A stretch of 64,000 nucleotides of DNA from Malacoraja senta (lineage: Eukaryota), in assembly GCA_038087875.1 (NCBI GenBank), contig CM075988.1:6138001-6202000 (forward strand), written 5' to 3'. Shown here one piece after another: positions 12,919 through 25,140 of the stretch. The translations under genes and the position numbers were made by a program. Each line of letters opens with the position of its first letter. Position 1 is the first letter of the stretch. The notes under the pieces are model-generated. The model had not been told where the DNA came from and did no database searches. It saw only the letters and a program-made list of their open reading frames with translations.

Positions 12919-13032
12919 AGGGCCTGTCCCACTTGGGCCGTCATTTACGCGACAGGCCGGTAGTGACTGACGCGCGCGGTCGCGCGCATCATCATGCGTC
13001 CGCACAGCCGTCTGGAGCGCGTGACGTCATTT
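12919..13032. mobile_element. Harbinger-like MITE, one end only
   Basis: Terminus AGGGCCTGTCCCACTTGGG and a CpG-rich body related to 30447-30674. Confidence 0.65.
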
Positions 13033-13034
13033 GA

Positions 13035-13223
13035 AGATAGACACAAAATGCAGGAATAACTCAGCGGGACCGGCAACATCTCTGTTGAGAAGCAATGGGT
13101 GATGTTTTGGGTCGAGACACTTCTTCAGACTGAAGAAGGGTCTCGACCCAAAACGTCACCCATTGCTTCTCTCCAGAGATGCTGCCTGACCCGCTGAGTT
13201 ACTCCAGCATTTTGTGTCTATCT
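13035..13223. mobile_element. Penelope-derived fold-back element, ~94-bp arms centred at 13129
   Basis: Near-perfect palindrome with centre CTTCTTCAG-A-CTGAAGAAG. Confidence 0.85.
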
Positions 13224-13439
13224 CCAGTTATAACAAGAACAGGAAAGGCTTCCTTTTAATGTCTTCACATTGGGTGTAATTTGTAAACATTGACAGTGGA
13301 CAGGGACCCTGCACGTTCTGTACTGACCTTACCACCGGAGTTGTCCCTTCCTCTCACCAAACCCTCCAACTCCAGTTTTCCAATGTGGAGAATGTTTGAA
13401 GGCCTTTCAAGTATGTCAAGTTAAAGATTTGTTTTCGGG

Positions 13440-13750
13440 TTTTTTCAGAGATACAGCATGGAATCAGGCCGCTCGAACCACCAGATCTAGGCCGGTCGTC
13501 AATCATCCGTTCACTCTAGTTCCATGTCATCGCCTTCCCCACATGCTCCGGGCAATTTACAGGGGGCCAATTAACCTACAAACCAGCATGTGGGATGTGG
13601 GAGGAGAACAGAGCACCTGGATAAAACCCACCCTGTCGCAGGGAGAATGTGCAAACTCCACACAGACAGCACCCGAGGTCATGATGGAACCTGGGTCTCT
13701 GGCAATGTTGAGGCAGCAACTCTACCAGCCGTGCCACTGTGCCACTGTGC
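13440..13750 (-). mobile_element. V-SINE, diverged
   Basis: V-domain and tRNA-like head on the minus strand. Confidence 0.8.
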
Positions 13751-14362
13751 CGGCCTCTGTTTGCAGATTCTGCGCATGTTCCGTGTTTTGGAAAGTGAAG
13801 GGCAGCAGTTAGCAAGAGTAAATCAATGTTAAAAGAAGTCTGACCTGAAACGTTAGCTCCGCTTCTCTCTCCACAGATGCTGCTTGACCTGCTGAGTGTT
13901 TTCAGTAATTCTGTTTCCATTTCATTTTATCCAGCTTCTGTATTTGGTTTGATTGTCACAGGTGAGATCAGATTCTATCAGGAGATCTTCGTACACCGGC
14001 CGAGCAAACCCCTGTTCTCTGTGATTCATGGTTCCCTCATGTCCCAGTAGTTCAGTGTTTCAGGATGGTGAGCTGTTCAACAGGGGGGTCGAGAAGTAAC
14101 ACCTTCTAAAGTCCTCTCCTTCTGTCAAACCCTGTCTCCCACAGACTGCTGTATCTGCAACATGACCGCACCCTAAAAGCAACAAACTTTCCACCTATCC
14201 TTAAAACTCCCCTTGCCCCAGCTACCAACTGACCACACAGACACCATTCTATCAAGCGAGGGTCAATGTATCTTGCTGATGTTTCTGTGCAGGGAAGGAT
14301 ACATCTGGTTAGGGGCAGGAAGGACTCCTCGGATCAAACATACGCAGTACAGCACAGGATAC

Positions 14363-14860
14363 ATAGATACATAGAAAATAGGTGCAGGAGTAGGCCATTC
14401 GGCCCTTCGAGCCATTCAATATGATCATGGCTGATCATCCAACTCAGTATCCCGTACCTGCCTTCTCTCCATACCCCCTGATCCCCTTAGCCACAAGTGC
14501 CACATCTAACTCCCTCTTAAATATAGCCAATGAACTGGCCTCAACTATCCTCTGTGGCAGAGAGTTCCAGAGATTCACCACTCTCTGTGTGAAAAAGTTT
14601 TTCCTCATCTCGGTCTTAAAGGATTTCCCCCTTATCCTTAAGCTGTGACCCCTTGTCCTGGACTTCCCCAACATCGGGAACAATCTTCCTGCATCTAGCC
14701 TGTCCAACCCCATAAGAATTTTGTACGTTTCTATAAGATCCCCTCTCAATCTCCTAAATTCTAGCGAGTATAAGCCAAGTCTATCCAGTCTTTCTTCATA
14801 TGAAAGTCCTGACATCCCAGGAATCAGTCTGGTGAACCTTCTCTGCACTCCCTCTATGGC
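14363..14860 (-). mobile_element. Young CR1 3' fragment, same subfamily as 49830-51743
   Basis: AIEGVQRRFTRLIPGMSGLSYEERL..GYGEKAGTGY*, nearly identical to the end of the long copy. Confidence 0.93.
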
Positions 14861-14964
14861 CCAAATCGTCCATACCAATCAAAGTGTCTTCCGAAGTAGC
14901 AACGTGCACGTGCAGAGGGTCCATCTCCCTCTGTACTATTACCGAATAGTGAAGGCCAGGATAG

Positions 14965-15440
14965 AATGCATGTGGAGAGGATGTTTCCACTAGTGGGAGA
15001 GTCTAGGACCAAAGAGCACAGCCTCAGAATAAAAGGACGTACCTTTAGGAAGGAGATGAGGAGGAATTTCTTTAGTCAGATGGTGGTGAATCTGTGGAAT
15101 TCATTGCCACAGACGACAGTGGAGGCCAAGTCATTGGGTATTTTTAAAGCAGAGATTGACAGATTCTTGATTAGTACGGGTGTCAAAAGTTTTTTGGGAG
15201 AATGGTGTTGAGAAGGAAAGGTAGATCAGCCATGAAGACTCGATGGGTCAAATGGCCTGCTTCTGCCCATATGACTTACCTAAATCTTCATCCAAGTCAT
15301 TAATACAGATGACAAGCAACAGTGGACCCAGAACTGATCTCTGCGGCAGCCCACCTGTGACAGGCTTCCAATATGAACAGCAACCCTCCACGACCTCCCT
15401 CTGTCTGCTTCCACCAGACAGTTTCATATCCAATGTCATC
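14965..15440. mobile_element. CR1 fragments (plus 3' end ~14965-15275; minus RT segment ~15280-15440)
   Basis: [58 protein letters not shown]. Confidence 0.8.
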
Positions 15441-15764
15441 GTTTTGTCAAGGGCTACATTTCACTTCCATCTCCCATTCACACCACCTACTGGGAGAGAT
15501 AATAAGCAAGAACATTTATTTAGTCCGTCTTCTGACTTCAGTTACTTTACAGCTGATTCATTATCTTTGAATTAGTTTGCATAGCGCTGACCAAATGAGA
15601 TTACTCTGCGGGAATATTTTCTCTGCAAACATGACCCTGGGTATCTAGCTTCTTTCCATCTTAGTTCTCTGTTCCTCTTCTTCTGCAACCTCTGTATCCT
15701 TGTTCTCCTACTCAGTTCCAATGAATATAATACAACCTTCCTGATTTTTCAATAAGGAATATGC

Positions 15765-16088
15765 AACCTTGCTTTCTCCTTCTCTTCATCCTCCCCCATC
15801 CGAGTTCACCGACCACCCGACTGCCCTCCTGATTGAAATTTATGTGTGTATACCTCGTTGTCATCTTCCCCCAGCTAACAATGATCTATTCTACTTTTTC
15901 CTTGGTCTCCGTCCCCTTAGTTCGCTCGTTTTCACACCTTAACCTTCCATATCTCTAGGTCTTCCTCTCACTTGACTCTCAGTCTGAAGAAGGGTCTCAA
16001 CCCGAAATATCACCCGTCATCGCCCAATCCTTCTATCCAGAGATGCTGCCTGTTCCGCAGAGTTACTCCAGCATTTTGTGTCTGTCTT
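15765..16088 (+). mobile_element. Penelope-like element 3' UTR with degenerate hammerhead-like core
   Basis: Reverse-complement homologue of 17426-17640, continuing into CTCTCAGTCTGAAGAAGGGTCTCAACCCGAAA. Confidence 0.7.
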
Positions 16089-16164
16089 CTGCTGGAGTTA
16101 TCACTGAGTTCAACAGTTTCAGAACAATTCTGCTGCTTCTATTCTCTCCACCACTAAAGGATGT

Positions 16165-16525
16165 TGCCACTTATGAAGATGTTGCCAGGACTGGAGGGGC
16201 TGAGCTCCAGAGAAAGGTTGGTAAGGCTAGGACTTTAGTCCTTGGAGCACAGGAGGTGGCGGGGTGATCTCATAGATGTGTGTAAAATCATGATGGAAAT
16301 TGATAGGATAAATGCACAGAGTCTTTTACCTGGAGTAGTGGATCAAGAACCAGGGGACATAGGTTTAAGGTGAAAATAGGAACCCAACGGGCAATTTCTT
16401 CACAGAGGGCATTGGTTATATATGGAATGAGCTGCCAGAGGAGATAGTTGAGGCAGGTACTATAACAGCATTTAAAAGACACTTAGACAGGTACATGGAT
16501 AGGAAAGGTTTCGAGGGAGATGGGC
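16165..16525 (+). mobile_element. CR1 3' fragment
   Basis: Frameshifted MLPGLEGLS..RGDLI..WNELPEEIVEAG. Confidence 0.8.
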
Positions 16526-17007
16526 AACTAAACGCTGCTCTCACCAGCTAGAGTGTCCTGACCTCCCATTTATCTCAATGAAGACCTTTGAACTATCTTT
16601 AGTCAGACATTACCTTGTGTTTATATGTTGTACACTTTATCCTTTATCTGTACACTGCTTGATTGTAACTTTCTTTGACTCAATAGCACACAAACAAATG
16701 TTTTTCACTGGACCTCAGAACACGTGACAATAATAAACTAAACCAAACTAAACTAAACAAACGCTTCTCTGGGGCATTTTGGTCGGCATGGCCAAGTTGG
16801 GCCAAAGGGCCTGTTTCCCGTGCTGTATGACACTGACTCGATGACTGGAGACACAACTTTTATTTATTAACCATCGTGTTCTATCTTGCATCATTATTTA
16901 TCATTCAATTTCTTACACCTTCCTTTCAGTCACTTACACATTGTTCCCTTCTCCTCCCCCTCACCCTATCTCTGCGACCAGTCTCTCGTTTTTACAGCTG
17001 CGATATG

Positions 17008-17425
17008 CAGTGCATTCAGAAAGTATTCAGACCCCTTCACCTTTTCCACGTTTTGTTACGTTACAGCCTTATTCTAAAATGGATTAAATTCAATTTTTTT
17101 ATCATCAATCTACACACAATACCTCATAATAAAAAATGGAAAACAGGTGTTTAGAAATTTTTGCAAAGTAATTTCAAAGAAATAACTGAAATATCACATT
17201 TACATAAGTATTCAGACCCTTTGCTACGACACTCAAAATTGAGCTTCGCTGCATCCTTGAAATGTTTCTACAACTTGATTGGAGTCCACCAGTGGTAAAT
17301 TAAATTGATTGTACATGTTTTGGAAAGGCACACACCTGTCTATATAAGGTCCCACAGTTGACAGTGCACGTCAGAGCAAAAACCAAGCCATGAAGACGAA
17401 GGGATTGTCCTTAGACCTCCGAGAC
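17008..17425 (+). mobile_element. Tc1-like (IR/DR type) transposon left end with transposase start, truncated
   Basis: TIR CAGTGCATTCAGAAAGTATTCAGACCCC; direct repeat AAGTATTCAGACCC at ~17021 and ~17206; TATATAA at 17341; ATG at 17390 reads MKTKGLSLDLRD. Confidence 0.88.
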
Positions 17426-17682
17426 TAGAGGTATGGATGGGTACAAAGAGCATGTATAGCGTGAAAACGACAAATCAGAGCAGACGATGAGCAAGGAAAT
17501 CTACAATGGTTCATTGTTGGCTGTGGGGAAGTTGACAACAAGGCATATAAACAGTAAAATTAATCAGGGGGACAGTGAAATTAGTCGGAGAACTAGGGTG
17601 GGGGAGGGATGGAGAGAGTGGGAAAGCAAGGGTTACTTGAAGTTAGAGAAATCAATATTCATGCCGCTGGGCTGTGCGCTTT
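17426..17682 (-). mobile_element. Penelope-like element ORF C-terminus plus 3' UTR
   Basis: Minus strand reads QPSGMNIDFSNFK*, the typical end of vertebrate Penelope GIY-YIG ORFs. Confidence 0.8.
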
Positions 17683-19096
17683 GATGGAGATGGTTGATGG
17701 CCACACACAGGAACAGCCTCAATGCTTTTCGGTGAGTTTTAGGTCGCACAACATTGTGCTCCCGTTCCAAATAGAACAGATGACATCCAAGAATAGAATG
17801 TGTCCACTGAGGTCACTTCCGTTCAATAAATGTCATCATTGCAACCACATGGACTGAATAGAGATAGGCTTGGAAAGGTCTATCTTTGTTAACCTCTGGA
17901 CTAAGCAAGGATCTAGCTCCTTCACAGGACGTGGCAGGTCTTAGCAATTGGGGAAAGCTCAAAGCGGTAGAGTAATTCAGCGAGTCAGGCAGCAACTGTG
18001 GAAGGAATGGATTGGCAGCGTTTCGGTCGGGACCTGTCTTCAGATGCAAGAAGGTGTCGACTTGAAACATCGCCAATCCATTCCTTCCACAGATGCTGCA
18101 TGACTCACTGAGTTACTCCAGCACTTTGAGTTTTATGCAAGATTCGAGCATCTGCAGTTCCTTGTGTTGCATATTGGGGGGATGATTGAAAAATAACTAA
18201 CTCGGGCATTGAAAAGGTCCACTTCCTTGAGTGAAGACAGAAAGTATTGGAAATACTAATCAGGTCAGGCAGCATCTTTTTTAGTTTAGTTTAGTTTAGT
18301 GTGGAGATACAGTGAGTAAACAGGCCCTTCAGCCCACCGGGTCCGCGCCGACCAGCGATCCCCGCACATTAACACTATCCTACACCCACCAGGGACAATT
18401 TTTACATTTGCCAAGCCATAACATGGGGGGGGGGATTGTCCCCCACCTCTCAATGCATGGGAGGGGCATGTCCCACTCATCCCACTCATCCCACCCTGGA
18501 TTTCCACCTTGCTCCAGCACTTTGTGTCTAAACTAAACTGCGTTGGGGGCGTATGCCGCACTCCTGGTCACTGCCTGGTGATGGCGCTGCCGCTTGCTCT
18601 GTGGACCATGGCTGGCATTGCACTGGGACAGGGACTGATGGAGCCATTTCACTGGGTACATTCTGTGGGACGGCAAGAAACCAACAGTCCCGCAGCTGCA
18701 CGTTCACTCTGAGCCAAAGCTTAGGAATAGTTTATCCTGTTTATGATGAGAGTCTGAGGAATTTTTCTTCCACTAGGTTAGAGTCATGTGGTTTACTTGT
18801 GATGATCGATGTTCATGATTTGTTCTGAGTCCTAGTCAAACTTGTGACACCTTCTGAGTGTAGTAACAGGCCTTGCAGTAGTTGCTAATGTCAAACTCCA
18901 AGCAGTATCAGTAAAGGTTATATTGCCTACGTGCCCAATACCCCATTCCTTCCTGACACTAGGCTCGCATTAGAAACAGTGCATGGTGCCCATTCTCACT
19001 CCCAGCCTCACGCTCACCACACATCCCCAGACTCTAGCTGCAACACTGGCTCCTCTACTAACCCCAGGCTCATCCTTTCAGACTCTTCCCACCACT

Positions 19097-19455
19097 TCAT
19101 AAGTTCATAAGTTATAGGTGCAGAATAGACCATTCGGCCCATCAAGCCTACTCCGCCATTTAATCATGGCTGAACTATCTTTCCCTCTCAACCCTTTTCT
19201 CCTCCTGCCTTCTCCCCATAACCGTCCCTGACACCCCTACTAATCAAGAATCTGTCAATCTCCACCTTAAAAATATCCATTGGCGGCTTCCACAGCTGTC
19301 TGTGGCAATGAATTCCACAGATTCACCACCTCTGGCTGAAGAAATTCCTGCTCATCTCCTTTCTAAAGGTATGTCTTTTAATTCTGAGGCTATGCCCTCT
19401 GGTCCTAGCCTCTCCCACTAGTGGAAACATCCTCTCCACGTTCACTCTAGCCAGG
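19097..19455 (-). mobile_element. CR1 3' fragment
   Basis: Reverse complement of the FPLVGE.RTRGHSLRI..VVNLWNSLPQ region plus a (TTATGAAC)n tail. Confidence 0.85.
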
Positions 19456-20129
19456 CACCTCCTTGTACAACTCATAGTCCCTCCTGTTGCCAGCTACGAT
19501 TCTGCCCACTACTTGCTCCTACCTTCAGCTTCACAAGCCACGGTGATGTACAGGGCAACAGCTAGGCAGTGGTGAGAGACATGTTCACGGGACAAGGCTG
19601 GCTCAGTCTTGTACTTAGTTTAATGGGGGTATCTCTCCCTAGTCTCGGTTCCTCTCAGGAATAGTTTCCACTTATTCTTACATTGGTACCAAGAATGATG
19701 ACTCTAGAGGTCAATGTGCACCATGACTTGGGTGCTGTTATCACCCCAGATATTAGCCCTCTTGCCATGGAGCAGAGGTGATAAGTAAACTTTCAGTAAG
19801 TCTTCAGTAAACTTTCTCTGATGAGCAGGGACGTTGTCACCAGCTCGGTCTGGTAGTGTTCACACCTATCTTTAAGCAAAACAAAACACCCTTGCCACTC
19901 TGGAGAACATGGATAGGTGATGTTTTGGGCCCAGTCTGAAGGGTCTTGACCCAAAGCGTCACCTATCCATGTTCTCCAGAGATGCTGCCTGCCCTGCTGA
20001 GTTACTCCAGCACATTGTGTCCTTTTTGCATATTAACCAGCAAGTGAGTTCTTTGTTTCTCCCCTTGCCACTCATGGGGCTCTTTGGAGTAATTCTTGGC
20101 TTTACCTTTTGAACATTATATTCAACATT

Positions 20130-21044
20130 AAAAAAAAAAAAAAAAAAAATTAACTTTAAAAAAAAAAAATATTTTAATTTTATTAGAAGTACAATTGTAT
20201 ACAATCATATTTTCATAATACCTTTTATGTACAGCTTCTTATTTAATTTTTTTTTTGTAATAAAGAAGAAAAAGAAAAAAGTTAGATAATGAAAAATAGA
20301 AAAATGTGAGATATATAGTGTGTGAAAAAGAAAAATAAAGAATGAAAAAAGAAAGTTGAGACATAGAAAATAGAAGAAAGAGAATAAAAGAAGAGAAGAG
20401 AAGAAAAGAAAATAGAAGGAGATCATTTATAATCTTGACCATCCGCAGTCACGGATTAGCTTTTACACCTGTTTTGCACCATATGTTTCCAAAAAGACGA
20501 CAAATGGAGACCAACTCGTTATGAATTGGTCAAATTTATCTATTAGGAGGAATCGCATTTCCTCAAGATGTGCGGTATCCAACATACTTGCAATCCACAT
20601 TTTGAGCATTGGTATTGGTGTATTTTTCCAAAATTTCAATATTAATTTTTTTGCTATTATTAAACCATAATTAAAAATTGACTTTTGAGATGAGCTCAAT
20701 TTGTTCCCGTCTTCCATTACCCCAAATATAATCAATTCATTATTGGGTTCCATTTTTGTCTTAAATAGTTTTGTAAATATTTCGAAAATATCACTCCAAA
20801 ATCCATGAAGTTTATACAAGAAACAAAAGAGTGTGTTATAGTTGCGTCTTGGGTTAAACATTTATCGCAAATGGGCGATATATTTGGATAAAATTTATTT
20901 AATCTTGTTTTTGAGTAATATAATCTAGGTAAAATTTTAAATTGGATTAGATTATGTCTTGCGTTAATCGAACACTTGTGAATGTATGTCAAATACTTTT
21001 CCCATGTAGCCTTCGTAATTTTTATCAATAATTCCCGTTCCCAC
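20130..21044 (-). mobile_element. 5'-truncated L1 copy, near-identical to the 3' ~900 bp of 2247-4304
   Basis: WEKYLTYIHKCSINARHNLIQFKIL..CDKC..H; same 3' UTR; probable TSD TATTCAACATT (~20119 / ~21045). Confidence 0.92.
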
Positions 21045-21414
21045 TATTCAACATTTAAAGCTTAAATATGCTAATTGTTAAAAAATATATATTATTTGAT
21101 TATTTCATAGTAAAAGTAAAGCAAAAGTCTAAAGTTTAAATATGTCACTTTAAAAAAACAACACTTTGTTTATTTCATAATCGTTTTTCAGTCTTTTTCT
21201 AAAGTTTGTGAATGTCTAGTATATTTTAAAACATTCCAGGTTCTAAGCAGTGTTGTGTTTGGATGTTAAAGACTCTCGGAGGTCCACTCACTGCCAGATG
21301 CTCTTGTGTCTCATAGAGCCTCACTGACTGGGAACTTGCTCTGGGATCAGGCAGTGGAGACAGCTTGTCCTTGCCAGAGAGATGGCTGAACGGGAACATG
21401 GCTGGGTCACTCAG

Positions 21415-21846
21415 CGAATTGTGGAGACACAAACCAATCTCCATTCCATTGACTCCATTTATACCTTACGCTGCCTCGGCAAGGCCAGCAGCATAATCAG
21501 GGACGAGTCACACCCTGGCCACTCTCTCTTCTCCCATCTCCCATCGGGTTAAAGTTAAAGAAGTGTGAATGGAATTCAGGGACAGTTTCTTCCCAGCTGT
21601 TATCAGGCAACAGAATCATCCTACCACAACTAGAGAGCAGTCCTGAACTACTATCTACTTCATTGGTGACCCTCAGACTATCTTTGATCGGGCTTTACTG
21701 GCTTTACCTTGCACGAAAAGTTATTTGCTAATCACGTACACTGCGAATGGCTCGATTGTAATCCTGTATCGTCTTTCCGCTGGCTGGGTAGCACGTAACA
21801 AAAACTTTTCATTGTACCTCGGTACAGGTGACAATAAACTAAACTG
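21415..21846 (+). mobile_element. Rex/Babar LINE 3' fragment
   Basis: RCLGKASSIIRDESHPGHSLFSHLPSG; ends GTGACAATAAACTAAACTG. Confidence 0.85.
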
Positions 21847-21896
21847 AATGGGAGAGAGAACGGAAAGGATTGTTTAAATGGGATGAACGGAAGGAG

Positions 21897-22197
21897 TTTC
21901 GTTTAGAGATATACCGTGGAAGCAGGCCCTTCGGCCCACCGATTCTATGCCTTCCAGCGATCCCTGTACACTAGCACTATCCTGCACACTAGGGACAATT
22001 TACAATTTTCACCAAAGCCAATTAACCTACAGACCTGTACGTCGTTGTTGTGTGGGAGGAAACCGGAGCACCCCGAGAAAACCCATGCGGTCACATGGAG
22101 AACGCACAAACTCCGTACAGACAGCACCCGTGGTCAGGATCGAACCCGGGTCTCTGGCGCTCTAAGGCAGCAACACTACCTCTGTGCCACCGTGTCG
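21897..22197 (-). mobile_element. V-SINE
   Basis: Complete head, V-domain and tail. Confidence 0.88.
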
Positions 22198-22299
22198 CCC
22201 ACAAGTTGCAGACTGACCGTGTCGCCCACGAGTTGATGGCAGACTGTGCAGGTTGTAGGCCTGGAATCAAGGGCAACCATTGATCAAATAATGGAGCGG

Positions 22300-22945
22300 T
22301 CTAGGGCCGGAAACCACAGCCTCAGAATAAAAGGACGTAACTTCAGAAAGATGAGGAGGAATTTCTTTAGTCAGAGGGTGGTGAATCTGTGGAATTCATT
22401 GCCACAGATGGCAGTGGAGGCCATCATTAGGTATTTTGATGACGCAGATAGACAGATTCTTGATTAGTAAAGGTGTCAAAGAGCTTGTGCTAATATTCAT
22501 CGGGCACAGCTGGTTCAGAATGCAAGGGGTAATCAGTTTAATTGGACAGGGTTCTTGATTAGTAATGGTGTCAATGGTTATGGGGAGAAGGCAGGAGAAT
22601 GGGGTTGAGAGAGAAAGATAGATCATGATTGAATGGCAGAGTAGACTTGATGGGCTGAATGGCCAAATTCTGCTCCTATCACTTATGAACTTATGAACAT
22701 AATCAGAGTGTGGCACAGTGGCACAGCGGTAGAGTTGCTGCCTTACAGTGCTTACAGCGCCAGAGACCCGGGTTCGATCCCGACTATGGGTGCTGTCTGT
22801 ACAGAGTTTGTACGTTCTCCATGTGACCACGTGGGTTTTCTCCTGGTGCCCCGGTTTTAGTGTTAGTGTACGGAGTGATCACTGGTTGGCGCGGAATCAG
22901 TGGGCCAAAGAGCATGTTTCCATACTGCATCACTAAAGTCTAAAA
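22300..22945 (+). mobile_element. CR1 3' fragments followed by a V-SINE (~22711-22945)
   Basis: HSLRIKGR..RRNFFSQRVVNLWNSLPQ; SINE head GGCACAGTGGCACAGCGG with B box GGTTCGATCC. Confidence 0.8.
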
Positions 22946-24133
22946 TGAGAGCACATAGAGAGATCGGGTGAAATTTGGGGAAGCAGAGAATGGAAAGGAG
23001 GTATGCAGACTAAAGGGACTGTAGATGCTGGAATCCCGAGTGATATACAGCGAGCAGGAAGAAGTCAGCAGGTCAATCAGCATCTGCGGAGGGAATGGAC
23101 AGAGTATCAGGATACTTCTTCAGACCTTCTTTTGCCAGTCTAAGGAAGGGTCATGACTTGAAACGTTGCCTGTCCATTTCCCTGCATTGGTGCTGTCAGC
23201 CACGCTGAGTTAGACAAGTGCATGGATAGGACAGGTGTAGAGGGATATGGGGCAAACGCAGGTGGGTGGAACTAGTGCAGATGGGAGATGCTGGCCGGTG
23301 TGGGCAAGTTGGGCCGAGGGGCCTGTTTCCACACTGTGTCACTCTACGCGTTCCTCCGCCACTTTGTGTTTCGCTTAGAGAACGTCTAACGGCGGCTTTG
23401 TGAGGGCCACTGTCGGGGCCGAGTCGGGGCTGAATGTGGGGAAACATTTGTGACTCAGCAAGATCGCACAATCAGTGGCCACTGTGGCAACCCCCCCCTG
23501 TAATGGATGGGAGGGGCTGTATGGCGGTGAGCAGAGGGTGTGGGTTCACTGACACTAGTTAGCTTACAGCTGGCTACAATTGGCAATGGCCAGTTTCTCG
23601 TGAGTCCCAACAAACGACTACCTCCTGCGTCCTGCTTGGCTTTTTTTCATGCATTTGACAGATTTACAGGTAGGCCTGCTGCAAAATCATCTGTTGTTGG
23701 GGAAATATTGTAACGCTTCTTCCAGTGCCGACTGCCACCAATCTCTGCTCTTCTCCTTCAATGGGCTGACTTTTAATAGTCTCTGAAGATACCTTGCAAC
23801 CACAGTTGTGCTAAACCACTTTAGGAATCACCAGCTGGCCAATAAAAACTGCGTTTGTTTGCAGCATTCACAACCGTGAGCTTATAATTAAATATTAAGA
23901 TGCAGGAGTAACTTTCAATTGCAGACAGAACTGTGTATGGAATATTTCCTTCCACCATCCAGTAGATATTTCTTTACTGTACTGCTGAAACACACTGAAC
24001 AGGAGAGCACAAGGGTCCTTTCCCTGCCCAGCACGTTTGATTCATGTGCACAGCGCTCAAATATCCACAGCGAGCCGAATTCCGTCCTAATTATTTCACT
24101 GTATCTCGGTACACGCCACAGTAATCTAACTTA

Positions 24134-24490
24134 AGACAAAAGTGCTGGAGTAACTCAGCGAGTCAGGCAGCGTCACCGGATAACATGGACAAGTGACGAT
24201 TCATGGAAACAGAGAAACATAGAAAATTGGTGCTGGAGTAGGCCATTCGGCCCTTCGAGCCAGTGCCGCCATTCAATATGATCACGGCTGATCATCCTAA
24301 ATCAGTACCCCATTCCTGCTTCCACCCCATATGACTTGACTCAGATTGGGGCCCTTCTTCATATAACCTGAAGAAGGGTCCCGAACCAAAACCTCATCTA
24401 TCCATGTCCTCCAGAGATGCCGCCTGACCCGCTGAGTTACCCCAGCACTTTGCGTCTATTTTTGTAAATCGCCATCTGCAGTTCCTTGTG
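24134..24490. mobile_element. Penelope-derived fold-back element split by a minus-strand CR1 3' end (~24200-24335)
   Basis: Arms AGACAAAAGTGCTGGAGTAACTCAGCG / CGCTGAGTTACCCCAGCACTTTGCGTCT. Confidence 0.7.
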
Positions 24491-24559
24491 CCTGAGGTTC
24501 AATTCTGCCTCATGTTTGGGAAGGGAGTCATCATTGAGGATGCAGCTTTTGATCTGAAG

Positions 24560-25140
24560 GCCGGCACCATCGCACAGCTGGTAGAGCCGTTGTCTCACAG
24601 CACCAGAGACACGGGTTCGATCCTGATATCAGGGACTGTCCGCGAGGAGTTTGCACGTTCCCCCTGTGACCCCATGGGTTTCCTCCCGCATCCCAAACAC
24701 GTGCAGGTTTGTAGGTTGACTGCCCCTGATGTGACTGAAGTGGATAGGAAAGTGGGATCACATAGAACTAGTGTGGACGGGTGATCGATGGTCAGCCTGG
24801 ACTTGATGGGCTGAAGGGCCTGTTTCCACGCTGTATCTTAATTTCGTTTAGTTTCGAGATGCAGCGTGGAAACAGGCCCTTCGGCCCACCAAGTCTGCGC
24901 CAACCAAAAATCACCCCGTACACTAGTTCTATCCTACACTCTAGGTACAATTTTACAGAAGCCAATTAACCTAGAAACCGGAACGCCTTTGGAATGTTGG
25001 AGGAAACCGGAGCACCCGCAGAAAACCCACGTGGTCACAGGGGAGAACGTACAAACTCTGTACAGGCAGCACCCATAGTCATGATCGAACCCGGATCTTT
25101 GGAGCTGTGAGGCAGCAACTCTACCGCAGCGCCACTGTTC
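24560..25140. mobile_element. Tail-to-tail V-SINE pair (plus ~24560-24840, minus ~24843-25140)
   Basis: Two V-domains in opposite orientation with abutting tails. Confidence 0.85.

Noticed and set aside
18580..18712. Signal-peptide-like ORF MALPLALWTMAGIALGQG as a first exon
   Set aside because: Short, no strong splice donor, no downstream exons identified; likely chance.
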